From contig JAGWVF010000005.1 of the NCBI GenBank assembly GCA_018971045.1, positions 10,764 to 74,763 of the forward strand: a stretch of 64,000 nt of DNA, given 5' to 3'. A program made the translations under genes and the position numbers. The notes beneath the pieces were generated by a model. The model was not told the DNA's origin, made no database searches, and worked only from the letters and a program-made list of their open reading frames with translations. Origin of the DNA: Patescibacteria group bacterium (GTDB lineage Bacteria; Patescibacteriota; Minisyncoccia; Phycocordibacterales; Phycocordibacteraceae). Of the stretch, positions 27,942-37,854 are shown piece after piece. The first letter of the stretch is position 1; the number at the start of each line of letters is the position of its first letter.

Positions 27942-28269
27942 GACCGGATCGGTAAGCCGAGTTCTGTCGCGGGCGATCATGTATCTTGGCCCTTCGTTGC
28001 CTCGGGGCTCGAGCGGCACTTCCCTCGATTGCTCTCGGGACACGGCCTTGCATACGGGTAAGGGTTTGTTCGTTGCAAACCTGCCTCGCGGCAGGTTTAT
28101 TCCACAAGGGAATTCCTTCACTTTCGATCGGGACGTTTCTGTAGTCACCTCTATCCTCGCGGACGACGGGCGTTACCCGCTACCTTTTTCCCGGGTCAAG
28201 CCCGGGAATATGCTCGGACTTTCCTCTCCAGCCGCGAAAGAGCGGTTGGAGCGATCGCCTGATCCGGTC
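27942..28269 (-). ncRNA. rnpB: RNase P RNA
   Basis: GAGGAAAGTCC near the 5' end, ACAGAACTCGGCTTAC near the 3' end, terminal P1 stem GACCGGATC/GATCCGGTC. Confidence 0.92.
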
Positions 28270-28297
28270 CATGCAGAGCATATCATAATTCGGAATG

Positions 28298-28966
28298 TTA
28301 AAGAATATCCGTCTCGGCACGATATAGCCGAGCCTCTCGGAACCTCTTCTGCAGAGGAGCTATGCCCTCCACGGGCGGTATTTCCGCATCTAAGATGCCG
28401 TTTATCGGCGTCGCCCCGCCGTAATAGGCGCCGAGGCTTGAATACGGATATGCCGCCAGGTGTTCCTCAACGAACTGATGGTCAACGACATGGCCCGTTC
28501 TCCATCCGGGTTCGTATAAATCGGCCGGTATGCAGTGAATATAGCTGATGAGGTGCGGGTATTGTTTGAGAGATACATGGAAGGACTGAAATGGCTTAAG
28601 AAATAGATTTCCATGGCGTTCATACCGCGCATTAAAATAGAGCGTATACGCCGTTCCAACCTTCCGCATGAAGGTAGTGATACCTCCATCCGAGACTTCT
28701 CTCAGCGCTAAATGGAAATGGTTCGGCATGAGGCAAAAGGCGGCAATAGACACGATCCTTTTACCGCGAGGCATGCGCAATACCTCTTCGAATTTCCGAG
28801 TCCCGATATCGTTCCGCCGAAGAGGAAATTCGTCATTCGCCAGATACAGGATTTCTAGAAAACGCTGGTAATCCCGAACATCTTCAAATGCAATTCTCTT
28901 ATCAATGCTGTAATTATAGCAATGGTACCATTCACCGACCGTAAATGGAGCATCTCTCCTCATCAT
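28298..28966 (-). CDS. REP-associated tyrosine transposase-like (Y1/HUH, RAYT)
   Basis: YHCYN, FCLMPNHFHL (HUH), YFNARYERHGNLF and YPYSS motifs. Confidence 0.85.
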   Translation of the reverse strand: MMRRDAPFTVGEWYHCYNYSIDKRIAFEDVRDYQRFLEILYLANDEFPLRRNDIGTRKFEEVLRMPRGKRIVSIAAFCLMPNHFHLALREVSDGGITTFMRKVGTAYTLYFNARYERHGNLFLKPFQSFHVSLKQYPHLISYIHCIPADLYEPGWRTGHVVDHQFVEEHLAAYPYSSLGAYYGGATPINGILDAEIPPVEGIAPLQKRFREARLYRAETDIL

Positions 28967-28981
28967 TATTTATAATTTTAA

Positions 28982-29033
28982 AGGTGTCACCTCTTGGAGT
29001 CAAGAATATATAGAGAAATATTAGGTGACACCT
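28982..29033. repeat. Pair of short inverted palindromes AGGTGTCACCT / AGGTGACACCT upstream of the RAYT gene
   Basis: Copies at 28982-28992 and 29023-29033; the first lies in the spacer of a TTGACT-17-TAAAAT promoter. Confidence 0.6.
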
Positions 29034-29130
29034 AGCGGAATTATGTGGATAAACGCTTATTGACAATCGATGCACGCTATACTGACGACATTGTCAGCAA
29101 GGAATTTATATCAATCCATAACCCATAACT

Positions 29131-31521
29131 ATGCCGCCGCAATCAACAACCGTGCGCCGCAGTTCATTAGAAAATATCAGTGTCTGGACGTTGTTCGTAA
29201 CTCTCATTGCAGGCCTCATTTTCGTCATGCCTTCGGCAGTGATTGCCGCGGCAACCACGAAGACTTTCGTGCTCGGAGCCGGCGCGCTGCTTACGCTCGC
29301 GCTCTACATTCTCGCGCGCCTCTCGCGCGGCAATATTATCCTGCCGCCGATGAAGCTCGTGGCGGCGCTCTGGCTCCCAACCCTGGCGTACGGCCTTTCC
29401 GCCGCATTCGCAAACGTATCATTTAGCAATTCTCTCTGGGGTTCCGCTCTTGAAGCGGATACGTTCGGATTTATGCTTATCGCGGCGTCGCTCGGCACGC
29501 TCGCGGCATTGATAATGCGCCGCTCTGAACACTATCAGTCCTTCTTTCGCACCGGCGCCATCGTCTTTGGCGGTATCGCATTGCTCCAGACGATCATCGT
29601 GCTGATCGGACAAGTGGCGCCGAGCGCCGTCTCGCCGGCGTTCTCGATCGTCGGCTCGCTCGATGATCTTGCATATTTTATGGGACTGGGCGTTGTCGGC
29701 GCGTTGATCACTTTCCGTTTTCTCAAACTGCCGCAACGCGCGCATCGAATACTCCTCGTGAGCGGCGCGCTCGCGCTCTTCTTGCTTGCGATCGCCAATT
29801 CGACGGTCGTATGGGTGCTCGTCGCCATCGTGTCGCTCGGACTTTTTGTCGAGGCAGTGATGCAACGCGGACCGAAGTCAACGGATGCGGATCTTGAAGA
29901 TGTCGTTACTATGAATGACGCTTCACCGGAAGCGGACGAAGGCGCGCATTCGCTCGTGATGCCGCTCGCCGTTCTCGCGATTTCTCTCTTCTTCTTGATC
30001 GGCGGCACGCTCGGCGGGGCGCTCGGCCAGGCGTTCCATGTCAATCAGCTGAACGTGCGCCCGTCGTGGCAGTCGACCTTTACGGTTGTCCAGAAGACGT
30101 TTGCGACATCGCCTATCTTTGGTTCCGGACCGGATACCTTTGGAGTGCAGTGGCTCAAATACCGCGACGCTTCGCTGAACGCGACTCCGTTCTGGAATAT
30201 CGACTTTGTAAGCGGCATCGGTTTTATTCCATCGTCGTTTACCACCACGGGCATGGTTGGCGCGCTCGCGTGGATCGCGTTTCTCGCGCTTTTGATCGTG
30301 TTTGGTCTGCGCACGGTGATCCTTCGCGCTCCTGAAGACCAATTCGTTCGGTTCGCTTCGATCCTTTCGCTCGTGAGCGCGATCTATCTCTTCACCCTGG
30401 CGATCTTCGGCTTGCCGAACGCCGTGATCCTCGCGCTCGGATTCGTTTTCGCCGGACTCTTCGTCTCTACGACGCGGTTCGCCGCTCGCGGTCAACAGTG
30501 GGGAGTGATTTTCTCGCGGAGTCCGCGTCTCGGCTTCGTGATCGTCTTCTCGCTCACGATTCTGCTCCTCGCCTCGGTCGTCGCCGCGTACACGCTCGCC
30601 GAACACTATGTCGCGACGAATCAACTCGCGCGCGCGACCATGAGTTATGGTTCGGGTAATCTTGATGCGGCTGATCAGGAGACGCAGAGCGCGATCGCCT
30701 TTGCGCCGAACCCGACCGCGTATCAGGTGCAGGCGGGTATTGCGATGGCGCGATTGGGGCAAATCGTCGGTTCGTCGACCATGCCGGCGGCGAACGCGCG
30801 TCAAGCGTTCCAAGCCGCTCTCTCCGCCGGTATTAATGCCGCGCTCACGGCGACCCGGCTCAATCCGAACGATTACCGCGGCTGGATCGCACTCGGCAGT
30901 CTCTACGCGCAAGCGGTTCCGCTCGGCGTTTCGGGCGCGTATGAAAGCGCGAAAACCGCCTACCAAAAGGCCGCGGCGCTCAATCCGACCAACCCGCAGA
31001 TCCCGTACACCCTCGCACAGCTCGATATCGCCGGAAAGAATATCCAGGCGGCGCAGGACGATCTGAAAACCGCGATAACCTTGAAGCAGGATTACACCGC
31101 GGCCATCTTCCTTCTCTCGCAGCTCGAAGTGCAGGCAGGCAACGTAAAGGACGCGCTTACGTCGGCGCTTGCGGCGGCCTATTTCATGCCGAATGATCCG
31201 AACGTCCTCTTCCAGGTTGGCGTGCTCTATGCGGCGCAGAATGACTACCAGAATGCGGCGGCCGCTCTTAGCGTAGCCGTTGCGGCAAATCCGCAGTTCG
31301 CGAATGCGCGTTACTTCCTCGCCGCAGTCTATGCGAAGCTGAATGATCTCCCGAATGCGCTTACTCAGCTTCAGGCCATCGCGGCGATATCGGCGGATAA
31401 TGCGAAGGCGGTCGCGCCGCAGATCGCCGAGCTTCAGGCAGGGAAGAATCCGTTCCCGGCGAGCCTTCTCTCGATAACGTCGACCGGAACGCCGGCGGCT
31501 CCGGTTCCGTCGAAGCCGTAA
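29131..31521 (+). CDS. Polytopic membrane protein (O-antigen ligase-like) with C-terminal TPR repeats
   Basis: About 12 TMs, PIFGSGPDTF loop, NP-containing TPR repeats. Confidence 0.8.
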   Translation: MPPQSTTVRRSSLENISVWTLFVTLIAGLIFVMPSAVIAAATTKTFVLGAGALLTLALYILARLSRGNIILPPMKLVAALWLPTLAYGLSAAFANVSFSNSLWGSALEADTFGFMLIAASLGTLAALIMRRSEHYQSFFRTGAIVFGGIALLQTIIVLIGQVAPSAVSPAFSIVGSLDDLAYFMGLGVVGALITFRFLKLPQRAHRILLVSGALALFLLAIANSTVVWVLVAIVSLGLFVEAVMQRGPKSTDADLEDVVTMNDASPEADEGAHSLVMPLAVLAISLFFLIGGTLGGALGQAFHVNQLNVRPSWQSTFTVVQKTFATSPIFGSGPDTFGVQWLKYRDASLNATPFWNIDFVSGIGFIPSSFTTTGMVGALAWIAFLALLIVFGLRTVILRAPEDQFVRFASILSLVSAIYLFTLAIFGLPNAVILALGFVFAGLFVSTTRFAARGQQWGVIFSRSPRLGFVIVFSLTILLLASVVAAYTLAEHYVATNQLARATMSYGSGNLDAADQETQSAIAFAPNPTAYQVQAGIAMARLGQIVGSSTMPAANARQAFQAALSAGINAALTATRLNPNDYRGWIALGSLYAQAVPLGVSGAYESAKTAYQKAAALNPTNPQIPYTLAQLDIAGKNIQAAQDDLKTAITLKQDYTAAIFLLSQLEVQAGNVKDALTSALAAAYFMPNDPNVLFQVGVLYAAQNDYQNAAAALSVAVAANPQFANARYFLAAVYAKLNDLPNALTQLQAIAAISADNAKAVAPQIAELQAGKNPFPASLLSITSTGTPAAPVPSKP

Positions 31522-31570
31522 CGCTTCGGCGTTCCTTGGAACGAATGCGAAAAAAGGATAGAATACGGCG

Positions 31571-33271
31571 ATGGTTCGGCGTATTCTTACTCGCATCGCC
31601 ACGCCCGTCCGCAGTCTCGTGATGCGGCCGATACGCAGCCTTCACCAGGCTGCGTATCTGCTTGCCGCTCTCACGCTCGCGTCTCAAGTGCTCGCGCTTC
31701 TGCGCGATCGGATTTTTGCGCACACGTTTGGCGCCGGACAGGTGCTCGATCTCTACTACGCGGCATTTCGCGTGCCGGATCTCGTTTTTGCGCTCGTGTC
31801 ATCGCTCGTGAGCGCCTATGTGCTCATTCCGCGCATTACCGGTATGGATCGCGACGCGACCCGCCGTCTTCTCTCTGAATCGGCGACGTTTCTCTTCGGC
31901 GTGGGCGGGGTTATCTGCATCGTACTCTCGATCTGGATGCCGCAATTTCTCGCGCTTCTGTATCCCAGTTTCATCGCGTCTCCGTATCAGGATGCCTTCA
32001 CGCTCTTGGCGCGCATTCTCTTGATTCAACCTATTCTGCTCGGACTCTCGGGCATACTGGCGAGCGTGACGCAAGTTCACCGTCGATTCATCATCTTCTC
32101 TCTTTCGCCGGTTCTCTACAACCTCGGCATCATTTTCGGAACGACAGTCCTCTTTCCCCGATGGGGATTGGTGGGTATCGGCATCGGCGTTGTTTTTGGC
32201 GCAGTTGCGTATCTCATGGTTCATATCCCGGTGGTGATCGGGGCGGGTGTTTTGCCGGGCGTGCGATTACCGACACTGGAACTCATGGCGCCGGTAGTGC
32301 GGAATTCCATTCCGCGCTCGCTCGCGCTCGGCGTCAATTCGATCACCATGCTTTTCTTGACGGCGATGGCTTCGCGGCTTGGAACGGGGGATATTTCCGT
32401 ATTTACTTTCGCGGGCAATCTCGAGGCCGTTCCGCTCGCGCTTATCGGCTCATCCTATGCGGTCGCCGCATTCCCCGCGCTCTCGGAAGCGTTGGCGCAG
32501 AAGAAGCATGACGAATTCGTAAAAATCCTTTCGACAAGCGCCCGGCATATCATACTGTGGTCGATCGTCGCGTTCGGGATCGTTACGGTACTGCGCGCGC
32601 ATATCGTTCGCGTCATCCTCGGCACCGGCGCATTCGACTGGAACGCCACGCGGCTGACCGCGGCCTTGCTCGCCGTATGCATGGCAGGTCTGGTCGTTGA
32701 CGCGCTGGAACTCCTTTTCTCCCGCGCGCTGTACGCCGCACAGCAATCGTGGCGGCCGCTCGCGTACCAGGTGGCGGGCGGCGTCGTTACGGTAGCTCTC
32801 GCGTTCTCATTCCTTTTATTGCCGGAGCGGGGATTCCCGGCCTTTCTCGCAAATATTTTGAAAGTGGGTGATATTCACAGCACTGCTATTCTTCTCCTCG
32901 CTCTCGCGAATATACTCGGACAATTTTTCCTCGTATTTCTTTCATTGGTGGCGCTCCGCAGGGTGGCACCCGGACTCGGAACGGCACTTCTGCGTCCATT
33001 CATTCACGGAAGCGTCGCGGCGTTCGCGGGAGGAGTTGCCGCCTATGCGACGCTTTTTCTTGAAGGCGGCATCGCCCCCCTCACCACTCTTTTATCGGTC
33101 TTTTTTCAAGGAGCCGTTGCGGGAATAGTCGGAATTGTCTTCTCGGCGGTCGCGCTCTATTTCCTCGAAAATGAAGAATTCAGAACCGTCACCAGCGCTC
33201 TCGAGAGACTGATACGATCGCGCGACGCGCGGTCGAGAGTCCTCGCGCCTTCGGCGGAAGAGCCGATATAG
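31571..33271 (+). CDS. murJ: Lipid II flippase MurJ (MviN)
   Basis: LALLRDRIFAHTFGAG, YYAAFRVPD, SPVLYNLGII and RALYA motifs. Confidence 0.9.
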   Translation: MVRRILTRIATPVRSLVMRPIRSLHQAAYLLAALTLASQVLALLRDRIFAHTFGAGQVLDLYYAAFRVPDLVFALVSSLVSAYVLIPRITGMDRDATRRLLSESATFLFGVGGVICIVLSIWMPQFLALLYPSFIASPYQDAFTLLARILLIQPILLGLSGILASVTQVHRRFIIFSLSPVLYNLGIIFGTTVLFPRWGLVGIGIGVVFGAVAYLMVHIPVVIGAGVLPGVRLPTLELMAPVVRNSIPRSLALGVNSITMLFLTAMASRLGTGDISVFTFAGNLEAVPLALIGSSYAVAAFPALSEALAQKKHDEFVKILSTSARHIILWSIVAFGIVTVLRAHIVRVILGTGAFDWNATRLTAALLAVCMAGLVVDALELLFSRALYAAQQSWRPLAYQVAGGVVTVALAFSFLLLPERGFPAFLANILKVGDIHSTAILLLALANILGQFFLVFLSLVALRRVAPGLGTALLRPFIHGSVAAFAGGVAAYATLFLEGGIAPLTTLLSVFFQGAVAGIVGIVFSAVALYFLENEEFRTVTSALERLIRSRDARSRVLAPSAEEPI

Positions 33272-33273
33272 CC

Positions 33274-35064
33274 GTGAACACGAACCGCATCCGCAATTTC
33301 TCGATTATCGCGCACGTTGACCACGGGAAGTCGACGCTGGCTGACCGATTGCTCGAGCGCACGGGAGCCATCCCCGAGCGCCTGATGCGCGACCAGGTGC
33401 TCGACCGCATGGACCTCGAGCGCGAGCGCGGCATAACGATCAAGATGCAGCCGGTACGCATGCACTATAAAGAGTATGTGCTGAATCTTATCGATACGCC
33501 GGGGCATATTGATTTTTCCTACGAAGTTTCGCGAGCGCTCCATGCGGTCGAGGGAGTGCTTCTTCTCGTCGACTCGACGCAGGGAGTTCAGGCGCAGACC
33601 TTAACGACGCTTGCCGCGGCTAAGGCGCAGGGATGCGTGATTATCCCGGTCGTTTCCAAGATTGACGCTCCCGCCGCCCGCGTGAGCGAAGTGAAAGCCG
33701 AGCTCGCGGATTTGGTGCACGGATCGCCGGAAAACGTTCTCTCCGTGTCCGGGAAGACCGGCGAGGGCATCGAGGCCTTGCTCGACGCGATCGTGGAGCG
33801 CGTGCCGCCGCCCTATGAGTCCGACGCTCGCGAACCGCGTGGCCTCATCTTCGATTTCTCGTACTCGGCGCATCGGGGCGTGGTGGTGTATCTGCGCGTT
33901 TTCGACGGGACGTTTGAGAAAGGGCAGTCGCTTGCGTTTCGGGCGGCAGGGAAGGAGTTTATCGCTCTTGAGACCGGCATCTTCACTCCCGGCGAGACCC
34001 CGGCCGAATCGCTTTCGGCAGGCGAGATCGGCTATATCGTAACCGGCATCAAGGAGCCCGGAGTCGTTGCGGTCGGCGACACGATCGGGATCGCGCGAGG
34101 CGCCCTTCCGGCATTGCCGGGCTATGCGCGGCCGCGGCCGGTCGTCTGGGCATCGGTCTATCCTGAAAGCCAGGACGATCTCCCTCTCCTGCGCAAAGCG
34201 CTCGAACGCCTGAGGCTCTCCGATTCCTCGCTCTCGTTTGAAGAGGAGTCGTCGGGCGTCTTGGGCAGGGGGTTCCGTTGCGGCTTTCTCGGCCTCTTGC
34301 ATCTTGAAATCATTACTGAGCGGTTGCGGCGCGAATTTAATCTCGCGCTCATCGTTACTATCCCGACGATCTCGTATATCGTGACGAGGCATAACGGCGC
34401 GCGCGACGTGATCTATACTCCGGCCAAATTTCCCGAGTACGGCGACATTCTCGCGATCGAGGAACCGTGGACGAGGGTTATTATCATCACCCCGCCGCAT
34501 TCGGTAAGCGCGCTCGTGCAACTGCTCTACGACCACGAGGCGAACACGCTCTCAACCGAGACGTACGGCGACGGACGCATCGAAATGACGGTTGAGATGC
34601 CGCTCCGCGAACTCATGCGCGGCTTCTTCGACAAGCTGAAGAATATTTCATCGGGATACGCCTCTTTATCTTACGAGATTCTTCCCGAACGCGAGGCGGA
34701 TGTGGTGCGTCTCGACGTGCTCGTCGCTGACGAGCCGGTCCCGGCGTTTGCGCGCGTCGTCGCGCGCCGCCGGGTCGAAGAAGAGGCCGAGAAGATGGTC
34801 GAAAAGCTTCACGGCATCCTTCCGAAACAGCTCTTCGTGACCAAGATCCAGGCGCGCGCGCTCGGCCGCATCATTTCCTCGCGGGCGCTCTCGGCGATGC
34901 GTAAAGACGTCACGGGTTACCTCTACGGCGGCGACGTCAGCCGCAAGAACAAGCTCCTTGATAAACAGAAACGCGGGAAGAAGAAGCTCCTCGAGCGCGG
35001 AAGAGGGAAGGTGAATATTCCCGAGGAGGTGTTTATGAAGATGGTTCAGTCTTCAGCCGAATAG
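33274..35064 (+). CDS. lepA: Elongation factor 4 (LepA)
   Basis: IRNFSIIAHVDHGKSTLADRL, GFRCGFLGLLH and GGDVSRKNKLL motifs. Confidence 0.97.
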   Translation: MNTNRIRNFSIIAHVDHGKSTLADRLLERTGAIPERLMRDQVLDRMDLERERGITIKMQPVRMHYKEYVLNLIDTPGHIDFSYEVSRALHAVEGVLLLVDSTQGVQAQTLTTLAAAKAQGCVIIPVVSKIDAPAARVSEVKAELADLVHGSPENVLSVSGKTGEGIEALLDAIVERVPPPYESDAREPRGLIFDFSYSAHRGVVVYLRVFDGTFEKGQSLAFRAAGKEFIALETGIFTPGETPAESLSAGEIGYIVTGIKEPGVVAVGDTIGIARGALPALPGYARPRPVVWASVYPESQDDLPLLRKALERLRLSDSSLSFEEESSGVLGRGFRCGFLGLLHLEIITERLRREFNLALIVTIPTISYIVTRHNGARDVIYTPAKFPEYGDILAIEEPWTRVIIITPPHSVSALVQLLYDHEANTLSTETYGDGRIEMTVEMPLRELMRGFFDKLKNISSGYASLSYEILPEREADVVRLDVLVADEPVPAFARVVARRRVEEEAEKMVEKLHGILPKQLFVTKIQARALGRIISSRALSAMRKDVTGYLYGGDVSRKNKLLDKQKRGKKKLLERGRGKVNIPEEVFMKMVQSSAE

Positions 35065-35081
35065 AACGGTATACTGGGGGT

Positions 35082-35420
35082 ATGCGCGCGAAGCAGTGGC
35101 GAAATGGTATATTGATCGGCCTTTTGTTCATTGCGGCCTTTTGGCTCGCGACGAGCATTTGGAGTCTCGCCGACAAGGCGCTCGTGGCCGTCTCGCAGGC
35201 CGGCGAGACGAGGACGCAGTACCAATCGCTTGAAGCGCGCAAGGCGATCCTGGAAGCGAATCTCGAAGCGCTCGGCACCGAACGCGGTAAGGACGCGGCG
35301 ATTCGCACGGCCTTCGGGGTTGCGCGCCCGGGAGAAGAGGTTATCGTAGTGGTGCCGCCCGCGACGGCGGCGCCCGTGCTCGAGCCGCCGTGGTGGCAGA
35401 AGATCTTGAATTGGTTCTGA
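35082..35420 (+). CDS. Septum formation initiator (DivIC/FtsB-like)
   Basis: TM plus coiled coil plus RPGEEVIVV. Confidence 0.75.
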   Translation: MRAKQWRNGILIGLLFIAAFWLATSIWSLADKALVAVSQAGETRTQYQSLEARKAILEANLEALGTERGKDAAIRTAFGVARPGEEVIVVVPPATAAPVLEPPWWQKILNWF

Positions 35421-35424
35421 TTTT

Positions 35425-35495
35425 GCGGGATTAGTTTAGTGGCAGGACGACTGCTTCCCAAGCAGTAGGCACGAGTTCGATTCTCGTATCCCGCA
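35425..35495 (+). tRNA. tRNA-Gly (CCC)
   Basis: GCGGGAT/ATCCCGC-A acceptor, ACTGC-TT CCC AA-GCAGT. Confidence 0.93.
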
Positions 35496-35579
35496 CAAAC
35501 AGATGCTAAGTCGAGAGACTAGGACGCGTCGCCTAAAGCACGCGACCGCGAAGCTTGTCACATTGCCTACCCGCGTCTC

Positions 35580-35798
35580 TTATTGCTCTGGGTGGAGCGC
35601 TTTTTTCACGCCCTCGACTGAAGCACGATCAATGACCTCTCCGCCACACTCGTTATGTTGGCACATGGCGAACGTCATCCTCTCGCTCCCGCGACCGGTC
35701 CCGTCATCGGGCCAGCGCTCGAACTTGTCGATCTTCCCGTAGATGGACGTCTCACTCTCATCGACGTCGCGCTGACATTTTTTACAATACAAGGACAT
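35580..35798 (-). CDS. Small Zn-ribbon-like protein
   Basis: CKKC...CQHNECGG, -10 TAGAAT shortly upstream of ATG. Confidence 0.55.
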   Translation of the reverse strand: MSLYCKKCQRDVDESETSIYGKIDKFERWPDDGTGRGSERMTFAMCQHNECGGEVIDRASVEGVKKALHPEQ

Positions 35799-35834
35799 GG
35801 TTGAATTCTATACCGAATAAAGACTGCAAGAAAC

Positions 35835-35866
35835 CAAGAAACGCCGCTAATTAGCGGCGTTTCTTG
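35835..35866. terminator. Perfect 32-bp palindrome, probable terminator of the Ubl operon
   Basis: CAAGAAACGCCGCTAATTAGCGGCGTTTCTTG. Confidence 0.7.
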
Positions 35867-36009
35867 CTGCGGCGCTCGCGCAACGCGGCACCAGCAACGC
35901 TCCGAACGATCCGGCGCTTACCGTTTCTCAAAAGTCGGCTGGCTTCGCTTGCGACACGTTTACTTGTTTTTGCCATAGACGTTTTGATTTAGGTTGATAA
36001 TGTTCGACG

Positions 36010-36204
36010 CTAGTGAAGGTGGAAGGTCGAAACGAAACCGCCGAGCAGCCCTACAAAGATGAGCCCGACGATAAGCGCGACGAACTTTCCGTACACGCCG
36101 CGTAGCACGTCCAACACTAATTTCCAGATTCCCATGAAAAAGAAACGGATCATTTGCCATAGGACATAGAAAATCCCAAAGACTATGTTCAAAAAGATAT
36201 TCAT
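36010..36204 (-). CDS. Small hydrophobic membrane protein, fifth gene of the Ubl operon
   Basis: 64 aa, nearly all hydrophobic or amphipathic, ATGA overlap with the E1 stop. Confidence 0.7.
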   Translation of the reverse strand: MNIFLNIVFGIFYVLWQMIRFFFMGIWKLVLDVLRGVYGKFVALIVGLIFVGLLGGFVSTFHLH

Positions 36205-37013
36205 ACGTTCGGAAGTTTGAAGAACAAATCGCCAGCATCCTCAATCGAGTGGTGCGGGCATTCACCATCGACGACATGACCGAGAAAGTTCGAGGGTTCC
36301 ACCGTCTGCGTATTCCCGTCATATTCGAGGCACGCAACGGGACGCATGTTCCGATGCCACGGCGTCACCATCTCTACCATAAGCCCAAGAGCAGTTGAGG
36401 CGAGAACACCATTCGCCCACACCACTTGAGGGCGACCGCCAGCCGCGCCGTATTTCTTCGCCTCTTCGGCGATCGTGTACTTATTCAGGATATGCAGACA
36501 CCACAAGCAGGGTTCGCCCGGCATCGAACGCGCGACCTGGCCGGTGATCGAGAAGTGAGTTTTGTCGTCGTGCACTTCCATACCGATGTCGATGTACGGA
36601 ATGAAGAATCGGCGTGCGAATCGTTCAAGATCTGCTCGCTCTGCAAACGAATCTACGCAGCCGAAAATAACATCGCACATGCGCAGCGCATGGTCATTCT
36701 GTTGCCACTTGGTCATCATGGAAACGCACTCGGCGTTTTGTTGGAGTCCGCGAATTAGACGCTCGGCAACTTCCAGCTTTGGGGTCGCGTCGAGCGCATC
36801 TTGGGTTGTCGCTCCGATAAGACGATTGAGGTTCGTGTCTTCGACGACGTCTGGATCATACAAAATGAAATGCTGTATTCCGACATACGCCAATTGTTGA
36901 ACGACGTGGGATCCGCCGCCGCCTAGGCCGATAACGCCGACTCGGATGCGGCTAAGGACGTCCTCGCTACGAGGTCCGAGAAAACTTTGTCGTGCGTATC
37001 GTTTGCTAGTCAT
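36201..37013 (-). CDS. E1-like ThiF adenylyltransferase (BilD/BubD-like)
   Basis: RYARQ, GLGGGGS, DPDVVEDTNLNR, GCVD, CLWC and C-terminal CPHH. Confidence 0.9.
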   Translation of the reverse strand: MTSKRYARQSFLGPRSEDVLSRIRVGVIGLGGGGSHVVQQLAYVGIQHFILYDPDVVEDTNLNRLIGATTQDALDATPKLEVAERLIRGLQQNAECVSMMTKWQQNDHALRMCDVIFGCVDSFAERADLERFARRFFIPYIDIGMEVHDDKTHFSITGQVARSMPGEPCLWCLHILNKYTIAEEAKKYGAAGGRPQVVWANGVLASTALGLMVEMVTPWHRNMRPVACLEYDGNTQTVEPSNFLGHVVDGECPHHSIEDAGDLFFKLPNV

Positions 37014-37525
37014 GGTAGGTGGAGGAGGTCGGTCGGCATGCCGACGGCGATGATCTCTTCTATCTCTTCAGGTGCTTTATTCTCGGCGAGCCACACGCGG
37101 CCGCATGCGCGCTCATCGCTCAGTATGAGCGCACCGTGGGGCATGTGAGGTGCAGTATGGAAAAAGTCAGGAACGAAATTCCTGGTCTCTCGCGAGTCAG
37201 TGCGGCTAAAAAACGGAATTTCGTCACCCCAATGATGATGAACATGGAAGACCGAGATATCGCCTTGACCTTCGTGCAGTCCAAGACGCAGAGCGCGGAG
37301 TATCGCGTCCGGCCCTATCACTGCTCCTGCCGAAGGATCATCGAGGTACTCGTCATCGGGTATGGGTTCGTAAGCCGTCGCAAGGATCAAGAGCACGTCC
37401 TCCGTTGGTATTGCGGCGTGGCACGAAATGAACCCGACACGCTCCGATGCAAAAGGATGATCTCGGTGAAGATCGTTCAGGATCTCGTACCTCAAACGCT
37501 GCGGGATTTTGAAGATGGTTCTCAT
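37010..37525 (-). CDS. JAB/MPN-like peptidase (BilC/BubC-like deubiquitinase)
   Basis: ERVGF (Glu) and HVHHHWGDEIPFFSRTD (HxH...SxxD). Start moved to ATG 37525 (ATGA overlap with E2). Confidence 0.82.
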   Translation of the reverse strand: MRTIFKIPQRLRYEILNDLHRDHPFASERVGFISCHAAIPTEDVLLILATAYEPIPDDEYLDDPSAGAVIGPDAILRALRLGLHEGQGDISVFHVHHHWGDEIPFFSRTDSRETRNFVPDFFHTAPHMPHGALILSDERACGRVWLAENKAPEEIEEIIAVGMPTDLLHLP

Positions 37526-37854
37526 ACGAAAGCGTCCAGGTGTCCATAAAGCATCTCGACCAACGTTTGCTCCTTCACAACGTCTTTCCACGAACAGGCG
37601 TGCCATGTTTGGCCGAGGAAGGGATATGCTTTCCAATTTGCGCCCTTACCTGGCACAATTCGTTCAACGAACAGTCGCGTCACATACCCCTCATGCTCTT
37701 GCGGAAGTAGTAGAGCGTTCATGGTCAACGTCGCGTCGCCCGACCTGAATCGAAGTCCGGTGAGCAGCACGAATGTGTACTGTCCTTCCGCCAGAATTTT
37801 CGCGTCATCGCAGACGTCGCGGAGGGGGACGAGTTGTGCTTCGTCGATGTTCAT
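37522..37854 (-). CDS. Prokaryotic E2-like protein (BilB/BubB-like)
   Basis: Position between Ubl and JAB; LLLP-GYVTRLF...NW...WHACSW pattern resembles prokaryotic E2 families. Confidence 0.7.
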   Translation of the reverse strand: MNIDEAQLVPLRDVCDDAKILAEGQYTFVLLTGLRFRSGDATLTMNALLLPQEHEGYVTRLFVERIVPGKGANWKAYPFLGQTWHACSWKDVVKEQTLVEMLYGHLDAFV

